The notes beneath the pieces were generated by a model. The model ran no database searches. It was not told where the DNA came from and saw only the letters and a list, made by a program, of their open reading frames with translations. A stretch of DNA of 64,000 bases from an uncultured delta proteobacterium. Its GTDB lineage: Bacteria > Desulfobacterota > Desulfuromonadia > Geobacterales > DSM-12255. The position numbers were made by a program, and so were the translations under genes. Below, one piece after another: positions 16,258 through 26,629 of the stretch; the first letter of the stretch is position 1; each line of letters starts with the position of its first letter. Location: positions 96,001 through 160,000 of the forward strand of contig CAWBBV010000023.1 in the NCBI GenBank assembly GCA_963787125.1, written 5' to 3'.

Positions 16258-16314
16258 GGTAAAGGTAAAGGTAAAGGTAAAGGGTTTTCTTAATCTTTAC
16301 CTCTACCTTTACCT
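16258..16314. repeat. (GGTAAA)4 tandem with inverted partner
   Basis: GGTAAA x4 at 16258-16281; CTTTACCTCTACCTTTACCT at 16295-16314. Confidence 0.7.
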
Positions 16315-16368
16315 GTTTTTCCCTGTTTCCCCCATGGAGTACAGCAAACGAAAACCTGAGGATAACCC

Positions 16369-17691
16369 ATGACTGAAGTAAAAAAACCGCTCAAAAAACC
16401 TCGCGGCAGAGCCCAGCTGATCGAAAACAAATGCATTGCCTGCGGCGCCAGATGTGAAAGTGTCTGCCCGGTAAACTGTGTTTCCATGAACGATGCCGGT
16501 GAACCGATCATTGAGCAGCAAAAATGTATCGGCTGCCTCAAGTGCGTCAAGATCTGTCCTGCACAGGCGCTGGAGATGGTCTTTACAGCGGAAGAGCAAA
16601 AGATTCTTGCCGAGCTTGGCGGAGAGGTCGATGCCCCTGAGGAGCCGGATGCGGAAGCCGCAGAGCTGATAAAAAAGCTGGCTGCCTACAAAGGTGTCTG
16701 GGTTTTCGTCGAACAGACCGAAGGTGAGGCTGCCAAAGTCTCCTGGGAGCTGCTCGGCAAAGGGCGCGAGCTTGCCGATACTCTCAAAGTCCCGCTCTCT
16801 GCTGTTGTTATCGGTGACGGAGTTGAACATCTCTGCTCAGAAGCATTTGCCTATGGAGCTGATCAGGTCTATCTGATTGATGCTCCGGTATTTCGGCACT
16901 ACCGGACAGAGAGCTATTTTAAGGCCATCTGCCAGCTGGTAGCAAAATACAAACCTGAAGTCATCCTTATGGGAGCAACAGGTCTTGGCCGTGATCTGGC
17001 CGGCGCGGTGGCAACAGAGGTGAAGACCGGGCTGACAGCCGATTGCACCGGCCTCTCGATTGATGACAAGCGTAATCTGATGCAGACCCGGCCTGCTTTT
17101 GGCGGCAACATTATGGCGACGATCATGTGTGACAAATTCCGTCCGCAGATGGCAACGGTCAGGCCTCATGTCATGCCGATGTCTGAGCGGGAGCCGGGCC
17201 GCACCGGTGTTATTATCCGGGAGAGCTGCCCGATCAGTGAAGATGATATTCTTGTCAAAGTTCTGGAGATCATCAGCGACAAAAAGCAGGACCATGTGGA
17301 TGTGGCTGGTGCCGAGTTCATTGTCTCCGGCGGCCGGGGGATGATGGGTAAAGAGAATTTCGCCATGCTCAAAGAACTCGCTGATGAGCTTGGTGGAGTA
17401 GTCGGCGCTTCAAGAAGTGCTGTAGACGCAGGCTGGATGCCGCAAGACCGGCAGGTCGGCCAGACCGGCAAGACGGTTCGGCCCAAAATCTATGTAGCCT
17501 GTGGCATCTCCGGCGCAATCCAGCACCTTGTCGGTATGCAGGACTCGGACGTCGTCATCGCAATCAATCGGGATAAAGACGCCCCTATCTTCCAGGTAGC
17601 CACTTACGGCATCGTCGGCGACCTCTTCCAGATCATTCCGGCCATCACCAACCGCCTGCGAGAAGTCAAAGCTGCCAGGGGGCAAAAATGA
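16369..17691 (+). CDS. etfA: ETF alpha subunit with N-terminal 2[4Fe-4S] ferredoxin domain (FixB-like)
   Basis: [12 protein letters not shown] and [36 protein letters not shown]. Confidence 0.93.
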   Translation: MTEVKKPLKKPRGRAQLIENKCIACGARCESVCPVNCVSMNDAGEPIIEQQKCIGCLKCVKICPAQALEMVFTAEEQKILAELGGEVDAPEEPDAEAAELIKKLAAYKGVWVFVEQTEGEAAKVSWELLGKGRELADTLKVPLSAVVIGDGVEHLCSEAFAYGADQVYLIDAPVFRHYRTESYFKAICQLVAKYKPEVILMGATGLGRDLAGAVATEVKTGLTADCTGLSIDDKRNLMQTRPAFGGNIMATIMCDKFRPQMATVRPHVMPMSEREPGRTGVIIRESCPISEDDILVKVLEIISDKKQDHVDVAGAEFIVSGGRGMMGKENFAMLKELADELGGVVGASRSAVDAGWMPQDRQVGQTGKTVRPKIYVACGISGAIQHLVGMQDSDVVIAINRDKDAPIFQVATYGIVGDLFQIIPAITNRLREVKAARGQK

Positions 17692-19676
17692 ACCAGAGCG
17701 CCATTTTCACCATTCTTTTTGTCGCCGCTGCAGTGGTTTTTTGCGGAATTGCCTGGAAACGGCTTTCCCTCATTCGTCTCGGACAACCGGAAGACAGAAC
17801 TGATAACATCCCCGCCCGGATAAAAGAGATGCTCCTCTTTGCTTTCGGTCAGAAAAAAGTCCTGGCCCGACCCTTCGGCATCAATCATTTCATTATCTTC
17901 TGGTCTTTTTTGATCCTTGTCGCCGCCAACGCCGACTTCATTATCAGCGGCCTCTTCCCGGCCATCTCATTGCGTCTGCTCCACCCGGCGCTGCGCGGAC
18001 CGCTGCTGTTCATGTTTGACATTGTCTCGCTCTTGGCTCTGATTGCTGTCCTGGTCGCCAGCTGTCGCCGCTTCTTCTTTAAACTTGATACCGCCTATGT
18101 CAAGCGCCTCAGTTTCGAAGGGCTTTTGATTCTCACCTTCATTGCTCTCTTGATGGTCGCCTACTTCGGCCTCCATGGCGCCGAGATTGCCCTTGGTCAT
18201 GAGCCGCTGGCCGGCTGGATGCCCGTATCGTCCCTGGTTGCCGGCTGTTTCGGTTGCGGTGGCGGCTGCGCCAGTTGCGGTGTGCTTCCGTACCTTAACT
18301 TCTACTGGTGGCTGCACGCTCTGGTGTTGCTCGCCTTCATGATCTTCCTCCCCATCTCCAAGCATATGCATATTCTCACCGCCATCCCCAACTGTTTCTT
18401 CGGCGCCCTGGAAATCCCCAATACTCAGCCGCGGGAAGAGTTCGTCGTCGGCAACAGCTACGGTGTGGAAAAAGTAACCGATTTCAGTTGGAAAGATCTG
18501 CTCGACTCCTTCTCTTGCACCGAGTGCGGCCGTTGCCAGGAGGCATGCCCGGCCAACGCCACCAACAAGCCGCTTAACCCGCGTCAGGTTATCCATACGC
18601 TCAAGACCAATCTGCTGGCAAATGCAGCTGAGCTGAAAAGCGGCAGCAGTCCGAAAGTGCCACTCATAGGGGCAGAGGGTGAGGGGACAAATACTGAAGA
18701 AGCCATCTGGGCCTGCACCACCTGCGGTGCCTGCATGGAAGCCTGTCCTGTCCTCATCGAACAGATGCCGAAGATTATCAAGCTGCGCCGCTACCTGGTG
18801 GAGATGAAAAGCGAGTTTCCTGAGGAGCTCCTTAATCTTTTCGAGAATATGGAGCAGCGCTCCAACCCCTGGGGGATAGCCCCGACCGAGCGGACCAAAT
18901 GGTCCACCACCATGGAGGTGAAACCGTATCAGCCAGGGGAAACCGAATATCTCTTTTATATAGGCTGTGCCGGTACGTTTGATTCAAGGCAGAAGCATGT
19001 CACCGTCGCTTTGGCGACGGTCCTTGATGCTGCCGGCATCAGCTGGGGAGTTCTCGGCAAGGATGAGAAATGCTGCGGCGACAGTGCCCGCAGACTTGGC
19101 AATGAATACCTCTTTGACAAAATGGCCAAAGAGAACGTCGAACTGTTCAAGGCAAGAGGGGTTACCAAGATTATTACCCAGTGTCCCCACTGCTTCAGCA
19201 CGCTCAAGAATGATTACCGTCAGTACGGTTTGGAAATTGAAGTCATTCACCACGCCCAACTGCTTAAAAAACTGCTGCTTGATGGCAGAATCAAGCCAAA
19301 CAGGGCAGTAAAAGAGCTCGGAAGCGTCATTTTTCATGACTCTTGCTACCTTGGCCGCCACAACGGCATCTACGATCAGCCGCGGGAGATCATTGCTGCT
19401 GTTACAGGAGAACAGCCGCAAGAGTTTGGCCGCAATCGTGAAAATGCTTTTTGCTGCGGCGCCGGTGGTGGCCGGATGTGGATGGAGGAGCATACCGGTG
19501 AGCGGATCAATATTGCCAGGGTAACTGAAGCTCTGGAGAAAAAGCCGGACACGATCTGTGTTGCCTGCCCTTACTGCATGACCATGTTTGAAGACGGGGT
19601 CAAAGATAAGGGGGCGGCAAATGTGCGAATCAGGGATATCGCCGAGGTTGTGGCTGAGGGACTGAAGCCGGTGTAG
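17688..19676 (+). CDS. Membrane-bound Fe-S oxidoreductase (cytochrome b-like TM region, 2x4Fe-4S, 2xCCG; HdrD/FadF-like)
   Basis: TM N-terminus, CTECGRCQEAC, CTTCGACMEAC, CCG motifs, HDSCYLGRHN. Confidence 0.88.
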   Translation: MNQSAIFTILFVAAAVVFCGIAWKRLSLIRLGQPEDRTDNIPARIKEMLLFAFGQKKVLARPFGINHFIIFWSFLILVAANADFIISGLFPAISLRLLHPALRGPLLFMFDIVSLLALIAVLVASCRRFFFKLDTAYVKRLSFEGLLILTFIALLMVAYFGLHGAEIALGHEPLAGWMPVSSLVAGCFGCGGGCASCGVLPYLNFYWWLHALVLLAFMIFLPISKHMHILTAIPNCFFGALEIPNTQPREEFVVGNSYGVEKVTDFSWKDLLDSFSCTECGRCQEACPANATNKPLNPRQVIHTLKTNLLANAAELKSGSSPKVPLIGAEGEGTNTEEAIWACTTCGACMEACPVLIEQMPKIIKLRRYLVEMKSEFPEELLNLFENMEQRSNPWGIAPTERTKWSTTMEVKPYQPGETEYLFYIGCAGTFDSRQKHVTVALATVLDAAGISWGVLGKDEKCCGDSARRLGNEYLFDKMAKENVELFKARGVTKIITQCPHCFSTLKNDYRQYGLEIEVIHHAQLLKKLLLDGRIKPNRAVKELGSVIFHDSCYLGRHNGIYDQPREIIAAVTGEQPQEFGRNRENAFCCGAGGGRMWMEEHTGERINIARVTEALEKKPDTICVACPYCMTMFEDGVKDKGAANVRIRDIAEVVAEGLKPV

Positions 19677-19695
19677 TGATGGTATGACAGAGCAT

Positions 19696-19731
19696 AAAAA
19701 AGGCGGACCGCTTTGAGGTCCGCCTTTTTTT
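19696..19731. terminator. Bidirectional rho-independent terminator
   Basis: A6-GGCGGACC-loop-GGTCCGCC-T7 between convergent genes. Confidence 0.85.
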
Positions 19732-19809
19732 ATCTGCTGATGCGAGTCAGCCGGTAAAGTTGTGCCTGGTTTGTCTGCTTGTTAAAAAACTTTTTTGAAC
19801 AACGAATCG

Positions 19810-20760
19810 TTACACATGATTGCGCAGCATCAGCTCTGCCGGATGCGGTGACAGATAGACCTGGCCCTGGAGATACTGCTGATTGTATTTTTTGACGTAG
19901 TGCCGCAGCAGGGTTAACGGCACAATCAGCGGCACCAGGTGGTCGTGATAACTGGTAATGATCTCAAGCAGTTCTGCCTTTTCAGGAGCAGTAAGCTCTT
20001 TCTTGAAATAGCCCATGATATGCTGTAGCACGTTGGTGTTTTTCCTGGCAGTGGCAGGTAGCGCCAGACCGGTCATGTACAGCTCCTCGTAACGGCCGAA
20101 AAGTTCCTGGCTGCCGAGCTCTTTGCCGTGTGCAACCAGAACCCCCATTTCACGATAGTGCTTCGGACTGTGAGCCATCAGCAGAAGTTTCTGACTGGTG
20201 TGAAAAACCACCAAGCGGCCAAGATCGGGTGCATCGCTCATAAAATTCTGCCAGCGACGGTAGCTGAAGACTCGTTCGATAAAGTTTTCTCGTAAGGCCG
20301 CATCAAACAGTCGCCCCTCCTCTTCCACCGGCAGGAGCGGAAAGCGCCGGGCAAAGACGTGGGCAAAAAGACCGCTGCCGGTTTTCTTCGGCACGCCGTT
20401 TTCATCATAGACCTTCACCCTGAAAAGCCCGGAGCTGGGAGAGTCTTTTTTGAAGATAAAGCCGCAGAGTCCGGCCTGTTCCAGGTCAGCCAGCTTTGTG
20501 CGGCAAAATGAGAGCATCTGCTCGGTTTTGTCGATCCGGGTCAGGCGGGTCATCAGCCGTGGGGAGGTCGGATCGCCTTCAAGCCGCATCGCTTCCCGGG
20601 GTGTCGGCATGCCGGATTCAACCTCAGGGCAGACCGGCACGAACGTGAAGAATCTGCCGAGGGTGTCGGTGATATAATGGTCGTGTTTATGCCCGCCGTC
20701 ATAGCGGACTTTTTCTCCCAGAAGGCAGGCACTGACTCCAACTTTTATGATTTCGTTCAT
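19810..20760 (-). CDS. DUF523 (2-thiouracil desulfurase-like) + DUF1722 (YbgA family) protein
   Basis: GVSACLLGEKVRYDGGHK, VCPEVE, SPSSG, NVLQHIMGYFK. Confidence 0.88.
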   Translation of the reverse strand: MNEIIKVGVSACLLGEKVRYDGGHKHDHYITDTLGRFFTFVPVCPEVESGMPTPREAMRLEGDPTSPRLMTRLTRIDKTEQMLSFCRTKLADLEQAGLCGFIFKKDSPSSGLFRVKVYDENGVPKKTGSGLFAHVFARRFPLLPVEEEGRLFDAALRENFIERVFSYRRWQNFMSDAPDLGRLVVFHTSQKLLLMAHSPKHYREMGVLVAHGKELGSQELFGRYEELYMTGLALPATARKNTNVLQHIMGYFKKELTAPEKAELLEIITSYHDHLVPLIVPLTLLRHYVKKYNQQYLQGQVYLSPHPAELMLRNHV

Positions 20761-20859
20761 GAATCTCCCGATGAAAATAAAAACAATTACTACAATAAAT
20801 ACCATGGTCTGCTATAAATACAACTATCAACAACGTCAGTTGTACCGGAGTCTGCCCGT

Positions 20860-21309
20860 ATGCGCATCAAGGCTGAGAAATTAATTATTGGGGGAGCTTT
20901 GTCCTCCCTGCTGGTAGCCTGTGCCGGTGATCGGCCCAATAATCTCGGCGCGAAAAACGGCCTTTTGGCGCTCTGTCCGGCATCTCCAAACTGCGTATCC
21001 AGTCAGGTCAGGGAGGAACGACACGCCATCGTCCCTTTTGTCTGCAACGGTGACCCTGTTAACGCTTTTGCCCGTCTGGGGCAGATGCTCAAGAGTCGGC
21101 GAGATACAAAGGTCGTCGAAGAGTCCAGCGGTTATCTGCGGGTCGAGTTCCATACGACCCTGTTTGTTGATGACGGCGAGTTTTTGCTTGATCGTGAACA
21201 TAACGTCATTCATATCCGCTCCGCTTCGAGACTCGGTTATTCGGATCTGGGCAAGAACAGAAGCCGGCTGGAAGAGATTCGCCTTGAGTTCGCAAAAAAA
21301 GGGGGGTAG
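20860..21309 (+). CDS. DUF1499 lipoprotein
   Basis: CPASPNCVSSQ, FVDDGEF, RSASRLGYSDLGKNRSR. Confidence 0.85.
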   Translation: MRIKAEKLIIGGALSSLLVACAGDRPNNLGAKNGLLALCPASPNCVSSQVREERHAIVPFVCNGDPVNAFARLGQMLKSRRDTKVVEESSGYLRVEFHTTLFVDDGEFLLDREHNVIHIRSASRLGYSDLGKNRSRLEEIRLEFAKKGG

Positions 21310-21311
21310 GG

Positions 21312-21866
21312 ATGCTCAAACTGACTTTGCCGGTAGTGATTGTTATTTCTCTTGGGCTGGCAGCCAGCTTGTGCCGGCCTGTTGCTGCTGCGTCGGCTAC
21401 TCCAGTGGTGCAGACGGCTCCCACGGTCGATTTGGGAAAATATATGGGTTCCTGGTATGAAATTTCCCGTCTGGAACACCATTTTCAGAAGAACTGTGTT
21501 GGCAGCAGCGCCGAATATAAGTTGCGCAGTGATGGCGAGGTTGACGTCATCAATAGCTGTATTGATGAAAAAACCGGCAGCAAGCGAGAAGCTAAGGGGC
21601 GCGCCTGGTCGATTGATCCGGTCAATAACGCCAGGCTCAAGGTTTCGTTTTTCTGGCCGTTCCGGGGTGATTACTGGATCATTGAACTCGGTGAAAACTA
21701 CGAATACAGTGTTGTCGGCTCCCCTGATCGCACATATCTCTGGATTCTTGGCCGCGAGCCTTTTATGGCAGAGTCCGTCTACAGGAGTATAATCGAGCGT
21801 CTGGATCGCCAGGGATTTCCCGTTGAAAACCTTGTCCGCCGCCCGCTGAAGAAGAGTGAAGGCTAA
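21312..21866 (+). CDS. blc: Lipocalin (Blc family)
   Basis: VDLGKYMGSWYEI, LKVSFFWPFRGDYW, YLWILGR. Confidence 0.88.
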   Translation: MLKLTLPVVIVISLGLAASLCRPVAAASATPVVQTAPTVDLGKYMGSWYEISRLEHHFQKNCVGSSAEYKLRSDGEVDVINSCIDEKTGSKREAKGRAWSIDPVNNARLKVSFFWPFRGDYWIIELGENYEYSVVGSPDRTYLWILGREPFMAESVYRSIIERLDRQGFPVENLVRRPLKKSEG

Positions 21867-21903
21867 CTGTTGCTTTACAGGTAAAAAAATCGTAAAGGGA
21901 ATT

Positions 21904-22812
21904 ATGCGTTTCGGCCTTTGCTGTCTATTCAAAAACGAGCCGGTCACTTTCCGCACCACGACCGCAAAAGCCCTCTCCACCATCCGGCGTAGCGAGCAGT
22001 TAGTCAAGCTCTCCGGAATATGTGTTCACAACGCCGCCAATCTGCTGCTGGCTCTTGAGACGGTTAACCGTCTGGGAATCGGCGCTTTCCGCATCATGTC
22101 GCCGCTTTTTCCGCGGATGACCCACCCTGATGTCGGCTATCAGCTGACTGAGCTTCCGGACGGCGCGCATATAACAGCGCTGCTGGAGTCGATCCGCACC
22201 TTTGCATTGCAGCAGAATATTCGCCTCAGTTTTCACCCTGATCAGTTCGTTGTCCTCTCTTCGCCCCATGCCCATGTGGTGGAGAACTCTATCAGGGAGC
22301 TGGAATATCAGGGGATGCTGGCCGAAGCTGTCGGCGCCGAAGTTATCAATGTTCATGGCGGGGGAGTCTATGGCGACAAGCAGGCCGCGCTGGAGCGTTT
22401 TTGCGGCGTCTGGCCGCATCTGCCGGTTGCTGTTCGCCAAAAGCTGACACTTGAAAATGATGATGTCAGTTATACGGTCAGGGATCTGCTCCCGGTGTGT
22501 GAAAAGTTGACAATCCCGCTGGTTTACGATGTCCACCACCATCGCTGTCTGCCGGACGGATTGAGCGAAGTTGAGGCGACTCGATTGGCAGGGGACAGTT
22601 GGCGGGCTGTTGGCAGGGAACAGTATTGCCACCTGTCGTCTCCCAGAAATGGCTGGGGGAGCAGTGATCCGAAGCCTCATGCTGATTATATCGACCGGGC
22701 GGATTTGCCGGACTGCTGGCTCGGACAGGTTATGACCGTCGATCTGGAGGCCAAGGCCAAGGAGCTTGCTGTGTTAAAACTGATGCATTGTCTGCAGGTA
22801 AACCCGGTGTAA
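21904..22812 (+). CDS. uvsE: UV DNA damage endonuclease
   Basis: RLSFHPDQFVVLSS, HGGGVYGDK, LENDD, DVHHH, EAKAKE. Confidence 0.92.
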   Translation: MRFGLCCLFKNEPVTFRTTTAKALSTIRRSEQLVKLSGICVHNAANLLLALETVNRLGIGAFRIMSPLFPRMTHPDVGYQLTELPDGAHITALLESIRTFALQQNIRLSFHPDQFVVLSSPHAHVVENSIRELEYQGMLAEAVGAEVINVHGGGVYGDKQAALERFCGVWPHLPVAVRQKLTLENDDVSYTVRDLLPVCEKLTIPLVYDVHHHRCLPDGLSEVEATRLAGDSWRAVGREQYCHLSSPRNGWGSSDPKPHADYIDRADLPDCWLGQVMTVDLEAKAKELAVLKLMHCLQVNPV

Positions 22813-22815
22813 GTT

Positions 22816-23421
22816 CTAAGTATCCTGCCCTTTTCTGACTGCAATCCTGACTACACCTTTCTTCAGACTCACTCCGGCACTCTTCTGGTAGACGCTTGCA
22901 AGAAAACTGATCGTGACTATTTTGTGAAGATATGCCTGGGTGAGCCGATAGAGCCACTTTCGAAAGAGTGACGGCTGACTGTTCCCCAGAAGGAGCGGAC
23001 AGTAGTCGGATAGTTTCAGTGTTACCCTGCAGCCGGTTTCAACCGTTTCGACCATGAAATCCAGCTGCCCCCGGTTACACTCTTGCGGCTGCACCAGAAA
23101 TCCTCCCGAAATCAGGAGTGATGTCTTTTCGCCATTATCAGTTTCTGCGGTAACGGGGGGTAAAAACTTAATGAGTGAGATAGAGCTCCCTGCAAGGCGG
23201 AATTCGAGACCGGCAGCATTTTCTACTGATCGGAACAGTCCGAAAGTGAGCCGCTGGATGTAATCGAGGTAAAGCTGCAGCAGCCTTGCAGAGTTCAGTC
23301 CATGCGGTATTCCGGGAGGGATGACTATCCACTGGATGGAAAATACGGAATGATCTTTCTCCAGGATCTGCTGGCAGGCAATTCGGTCAGTATCTATTGC
23401 AGGGATTGTGTCTGGGGCCAT
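22816..23421 (-). CDS. Conserved hypothetical protein
   Basis: 201-aa ORF, no recognised motif. Confidence 0.6.
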   Translation of the reverse strand: MAPDTIPAIDTDRIACQQILEKDHSVFSIQWIVIPPGIPHGLNSARLLQLYLDYIQRLTFGLFRSVENAAGLEFRLAGSSISLIKFLPPVTAETDNGEKTSLLISGGFLVQPQECNRGQLDFMVETVETGCRVTLKLSDYCPLLLGNSQPSLFRKWLYRLTQAYLHKIVTISFLASVYQKSAGVSLKKGVVRIAVRKGQDT

Positions 23422-23516
23422 TTTCTAATTCTACCACCGATTGGCCGTTATGTCGTGCAGCTTGTAACTTGCCTGATTTTTGCTACTATAGACTCTGGCT
23501 ATCCAAAGGAGAAATC

Positions 23517-24422
23517 ATGGCGGGAAAGGTTCTGATAACTGGCGCATCTGGTTTTATCGGCCAGAGACTGACAAAGGCTCTCCTTGCCGACGGGGCGGAT
23601 GTCCGCTGTCTCATGAGGCGTTCTGCTCCGCTGCCGGCAGGAGCGGAGGCGATCAGCGGCGATCTGCTGGCGCCTGATACTCTCCCGGCGGCGATGGCAG
23701 GGGTTGATACGGCATACTACCTTGTTCACTCCATGGCTGGCGGTCGGGCAGGTTTTGAAGCCAGAGATCGTGCCGCGGCCGTTAACTTTTCCAGGGCCGC
23801 CGCAACTGCCGGAGTGAGGCGGGTTATCTATCTTGGCGGTCTTGGTGAGACCGGTGGCGAGCTGTCCGAGCACCTTAAAAGTCGGCTTGAAGTCGGCGCC
23901 ATCCTCAGTGCAGCCCCCTTTGCCACCACTTTTTTGCGGGCGGCAGTGATTTTCGGTGCCGGCGGCGCATCTTACGAAATGATTCATGCCCTGGTAAAGC
24001 ATCTGCCGATTATGATCACTCCCAGGTGGGTCAGTACCAAGTGCCAGCCCATTGCTGTCGGCGATGTTATCAACTACCTGGTCGGTTGCCTCCATGAAGA
24101 GCGCACCGCTGGCGGGACGTTCGATATCGGCGGTCCGGAAATCCTGACCTACCGGGAGATGATGGAGCGGTTTGCCGCCACTGAAGGGAGAAAACTTTTT
24201 ATTATTCCGGTGCCGGTTTTGACACCGAAACTCTCATCTTACTGGGTCGGATTTATTACCCCTATAAAACCCTCCATCGCCATGCCCCTCATCGAAGGGC
24301 TGGCCAATGAGGTAATTTGCCAGAATTCAAGTATCCGTGAACTGTTGCCGTTTCGACTGACCCCCTATGATGAGGCGGTAAGAATAGCTCTGACTGAAGA
24401 GAAAGAACTCAAACGGAGGTAA
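23517..24422 (+). CDS. NAD(P)-binding oxidoreductase (YbjT-like SDR/epimerase)
   Basis: ITGASGFIG, YYLVHSM, HLKSRLEVG; AAGGAG RBS. Confidence 0.85.
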   Translation: MAGKVLITGASGFIGQRLTKALLADGADVRCLMRRSAPLPAGAEAISGDLLAPDTLPAAMAGVDTAYYLVHSMAGGRAGFEARDRAAAVNFSRAAATAGVRRVIYLGGLGETGGELSEHLKSRLEVGAILSAAPFATTFLRAAVIFGAGGASYEMIHALVKHLPIMITPRWVSTKCQPIAVGDVINYLVGCLHEERTAGGTFDIGGPEILTYREMMERFAATEGRKLFIIPVPVLTPKLSSYWVGFITPIKPSIAMPLIEGLANEVICQNSSIRELLPFRLTPYDEAVRIALTEEKELKRR

Positions 24423-24427
24423 TATTC

Positions 24428-25333
24428 ATGTCTACCCGGAAAATAGCTAAAGTATTTAAGAGTGTGCCGACAATAGAAGGGGCCGGGGTTCACCTCAAGC
24501 GGGGTTTCGGCTATCATCAGCTTCCCCTTTTTGACCCATTCCTGATGCTTGATGATTTTCATACCTCAAAACCTGAAGAGTATCTGGCCGGTTTTCCCTG
24601 GCATCCCCACCGGGGGATCGAGACCATTACCTATATTCTTGAAGGGAAGGTTGAGCATGGCGACAGTATGGGCAACAAAGGGGTTATCGGTGCCGGCGAT
24701 GTGCAGTGGATGACTGCCGGCAGCGGCATTATCCATCAGGAGATGCCGCAGATCAGCCCCAGCGGGACAATGTGGGGCTTTCAGTTCTGGGCCAATCTGC
24801 CTGCCGGCCAGAAGATGATGCCGCCTCGCTACCGTGATCTGCCGGCAGCCTCTATTCCGGAAGTCATTCTGGCTTCCGGGGCGAAGGTGAAACTGGTCAG
24901 TGGCACGCTTAACGGAGTGACCGGACCGGTGAGAGACATAGTCATTGAGCCTGAATTGATGGACGTTACCGTCCCTGCCGGAACTGTTTTTGAGCACAGG
25001 ATCAGTCATGGCCACACGGCAATCACCTATGTCCTGTCCGGTTGCGGTCGGTTCGACGAAAGCCATGATCCGTACTCCTACGATTACTCCGGTTCCGGTT
25101 GGATGGATCTTGATAGAAACTGCTCATTTGGTCCGGAAACGGTTGTGCTTTATGAACGGGATGGGGAGATTATCAGGGTGACTGCCGGAGGTGACGGGGT
25201 ACGTTTTCTGCTTCTGGCCGGAAAACCTTTGGGCGAGCCAATAGCCTGGCAGGGACCGATTGTCATGAACAGCCGCGAAGAGTTGCGGGTTGCTTTTGAA
25301 GAGTACAACAACGGGACATTTATCAAGGCGTAA
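24428..25333 (+). CDS. Pirin family protein
   Basis: GFPWHPHRGIETITY, WMTAGSGIIHQE, GPIVMN. Confidence 0.92.
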   Translation: MSTRKIAKVFKSVPTIEGAGVHLKRGFGYHQLPLFDPFLMLDDFHTSKPEEYLAGFPWHPHRGIETITYILEGKVEHGDSMGNKGVIGAGDVQWMTAGSGIIHQEMPQISPSGTMWGFQFWANLPAGQKMMPPRYRDLPAASIPEVILASGAKVKLVSGTLNGVTGPVRDIVIEPELMDVTVPAGTVFEHRISHGHTAITYVLSGCGRFDESHDPYSYDYSGSGWMDLDRNCSFGPETVVLYERDGEIIRVTAGGDGVRFLLLAGKPLGEPIAWQGPIVMNSREELRVAFEEYNNGTFIKA

Positions 25334-25355
25334 CTGTCGTTCAAGGATTTTAAAA

Positions 25356-26135
25356 ATGGCAAAATTGCATCGTTTTTCCCGTACCGAAATTCTTATCGGC
25401 TCCGCTGGTCTGGAACTTCTCAAAAACTCAGCTGTGGCGATCATCGGTCTTGGCGGAGTCGGCGCTTATGCGGCTGAAGCCCTCTGCCGTGCCGGTATCG
25501 GCAGACTGGGGCTGGTTGATTTCGATGATATCTGCCTCACCAATGTTAACCGTCAGCTGCATGCCATGGACGGCACCGTCGGCAAGGTCAAAGTGAACGT
25601 CATGGCGGAGCGGCTGAACCTGATCAATCCCGCCGCCGAAATCGTCCCTTACAAGGATTTCTATGCAGCGGAGAACAGCGATTTTCTCCTCTCGCAGGGG
25701 TACGATTACGTGGTTGACGCCATCGATCATTTCACCAGTAAACTCCATCTTATCAGCAGTTGCCGGGAACGGCAGCTGCCGATCATCGCCAGCATGGGGG
25801 CGGCGGCCAAGCTGGATCCGACTCAAATCCAGGTGGCGGACATTTCTGCCACTCATGGCTGCCGGATGGCGCGCTCAATGCGTAAACTGCTGAAAAAAAG
25901 GGGGATTATTTCCGGGGTGAAAGTGGTCTTTTCCACCGAAGGGTTTCGGGAACCGGCAATGAAGGACGCAGGTTGCAAAGGTGACTGCATCTGCCCCAAT
26001 AAAGACGAGCAGCAGTTTTCCTGTGAACACCGGCGGGTAATTCTTGGGAGTATCTCCTACCTTCCCGGTATCTTCGGGCTCACCATGGCTGGAGTAGTGG
26101 TAAATGATCTGTTGGATGCGCGAGCGGTTGTTTAG
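25356..26135 (+). CDS. tcdA: tRNA threonylcarbamoyladenosine dehydratase (ThiF family)
   Basis: GLGGVG, TNVNRQ, SMGAAAKLDP, VVFSTE. Confidence 0.85.
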   Translation: MAKLHRFSRTEILIGSAGLELLKNSAVAIIGLGGVGAYAAEALCRAGIGRLGLVDFDDICLTNVNRQLHAMDGTVGKVKVNVMAERLNLINPAAEIVPYKDFYAAENSDFLLSQGYDYVVDAIDHFTSKLHLISSCRERQLPIIASMGAAAKLDPTQIQVADISATHGCRMARSMRKLLKKRGIISGVKVVFSTEGFREPAMKDAGCKGDCICPNKDEQQFSCEHRRVILGSISYLPGIFGLTMAGVVVNDLLDARAVV

Positions 26136-26593
26136 GCTGGACCGCTGCCCAGAAGCCTAAGGATGGCCTCTCTCCGGAAGGTAAAAATTTTCTCAAGCTG
26201 TCGTCGCACCAGCGGATATGCAAACTCTCCCAGCGGCTGTGACGGCAGAGAATAGGTGACGTCGTCATCGATGACGGTCTGCCCTTCACCAACGGTTCTA
26301 AACGTGTGTCGATGGATCCATTCCGCGTATGGCCCCTCTATCTGCCGGTCAACAAACATATGTGGCGGTTGCCAGGCGGAAATTTCTGTTTTCCAGGTAA
26401 AGGGGACGCCAAAGAGGCTCAAACTGAAGTCTATAGTCGTCCCCGTGTTCATCTCGATCGGCAGGGGCGTGAGAATGGCAAAATTCAACTCAGGCGGCGT
26501 TATCTGCTGCAGGTGCCCGACATCGGCAAAGAAGTTGAAAACGTCCTGTTGCGGCAGCGGCATTTCTACGGAATAGTGCAGGTTGTGCTTCAA
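26132..26593 (-). CDS. SRPBCC family protein
   Basis: LQQITPP, FVDRQIEGPYAEWIHRHTF, IFTFR. Confidence 0.8.
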   Translation of the reverse strand: MKHNLHYSVEMPLPQQDVFNFFADVGHLQQITPPELNFAILTPLPIEMNTGTTIDFSLSLFGVPFTWKTEISAWQPPHMFVDRQIEGPYAEWIHRHTFRTVGEGQTVIDDDVTYSLPSQPLGEFAYPLVRRQLEKIFTFRREAILRLLGSGPA

Positions 26594-26629
26594 AGTAAAG
26601 CTCCTTTGAGGCTATGATACTTACTCCAA

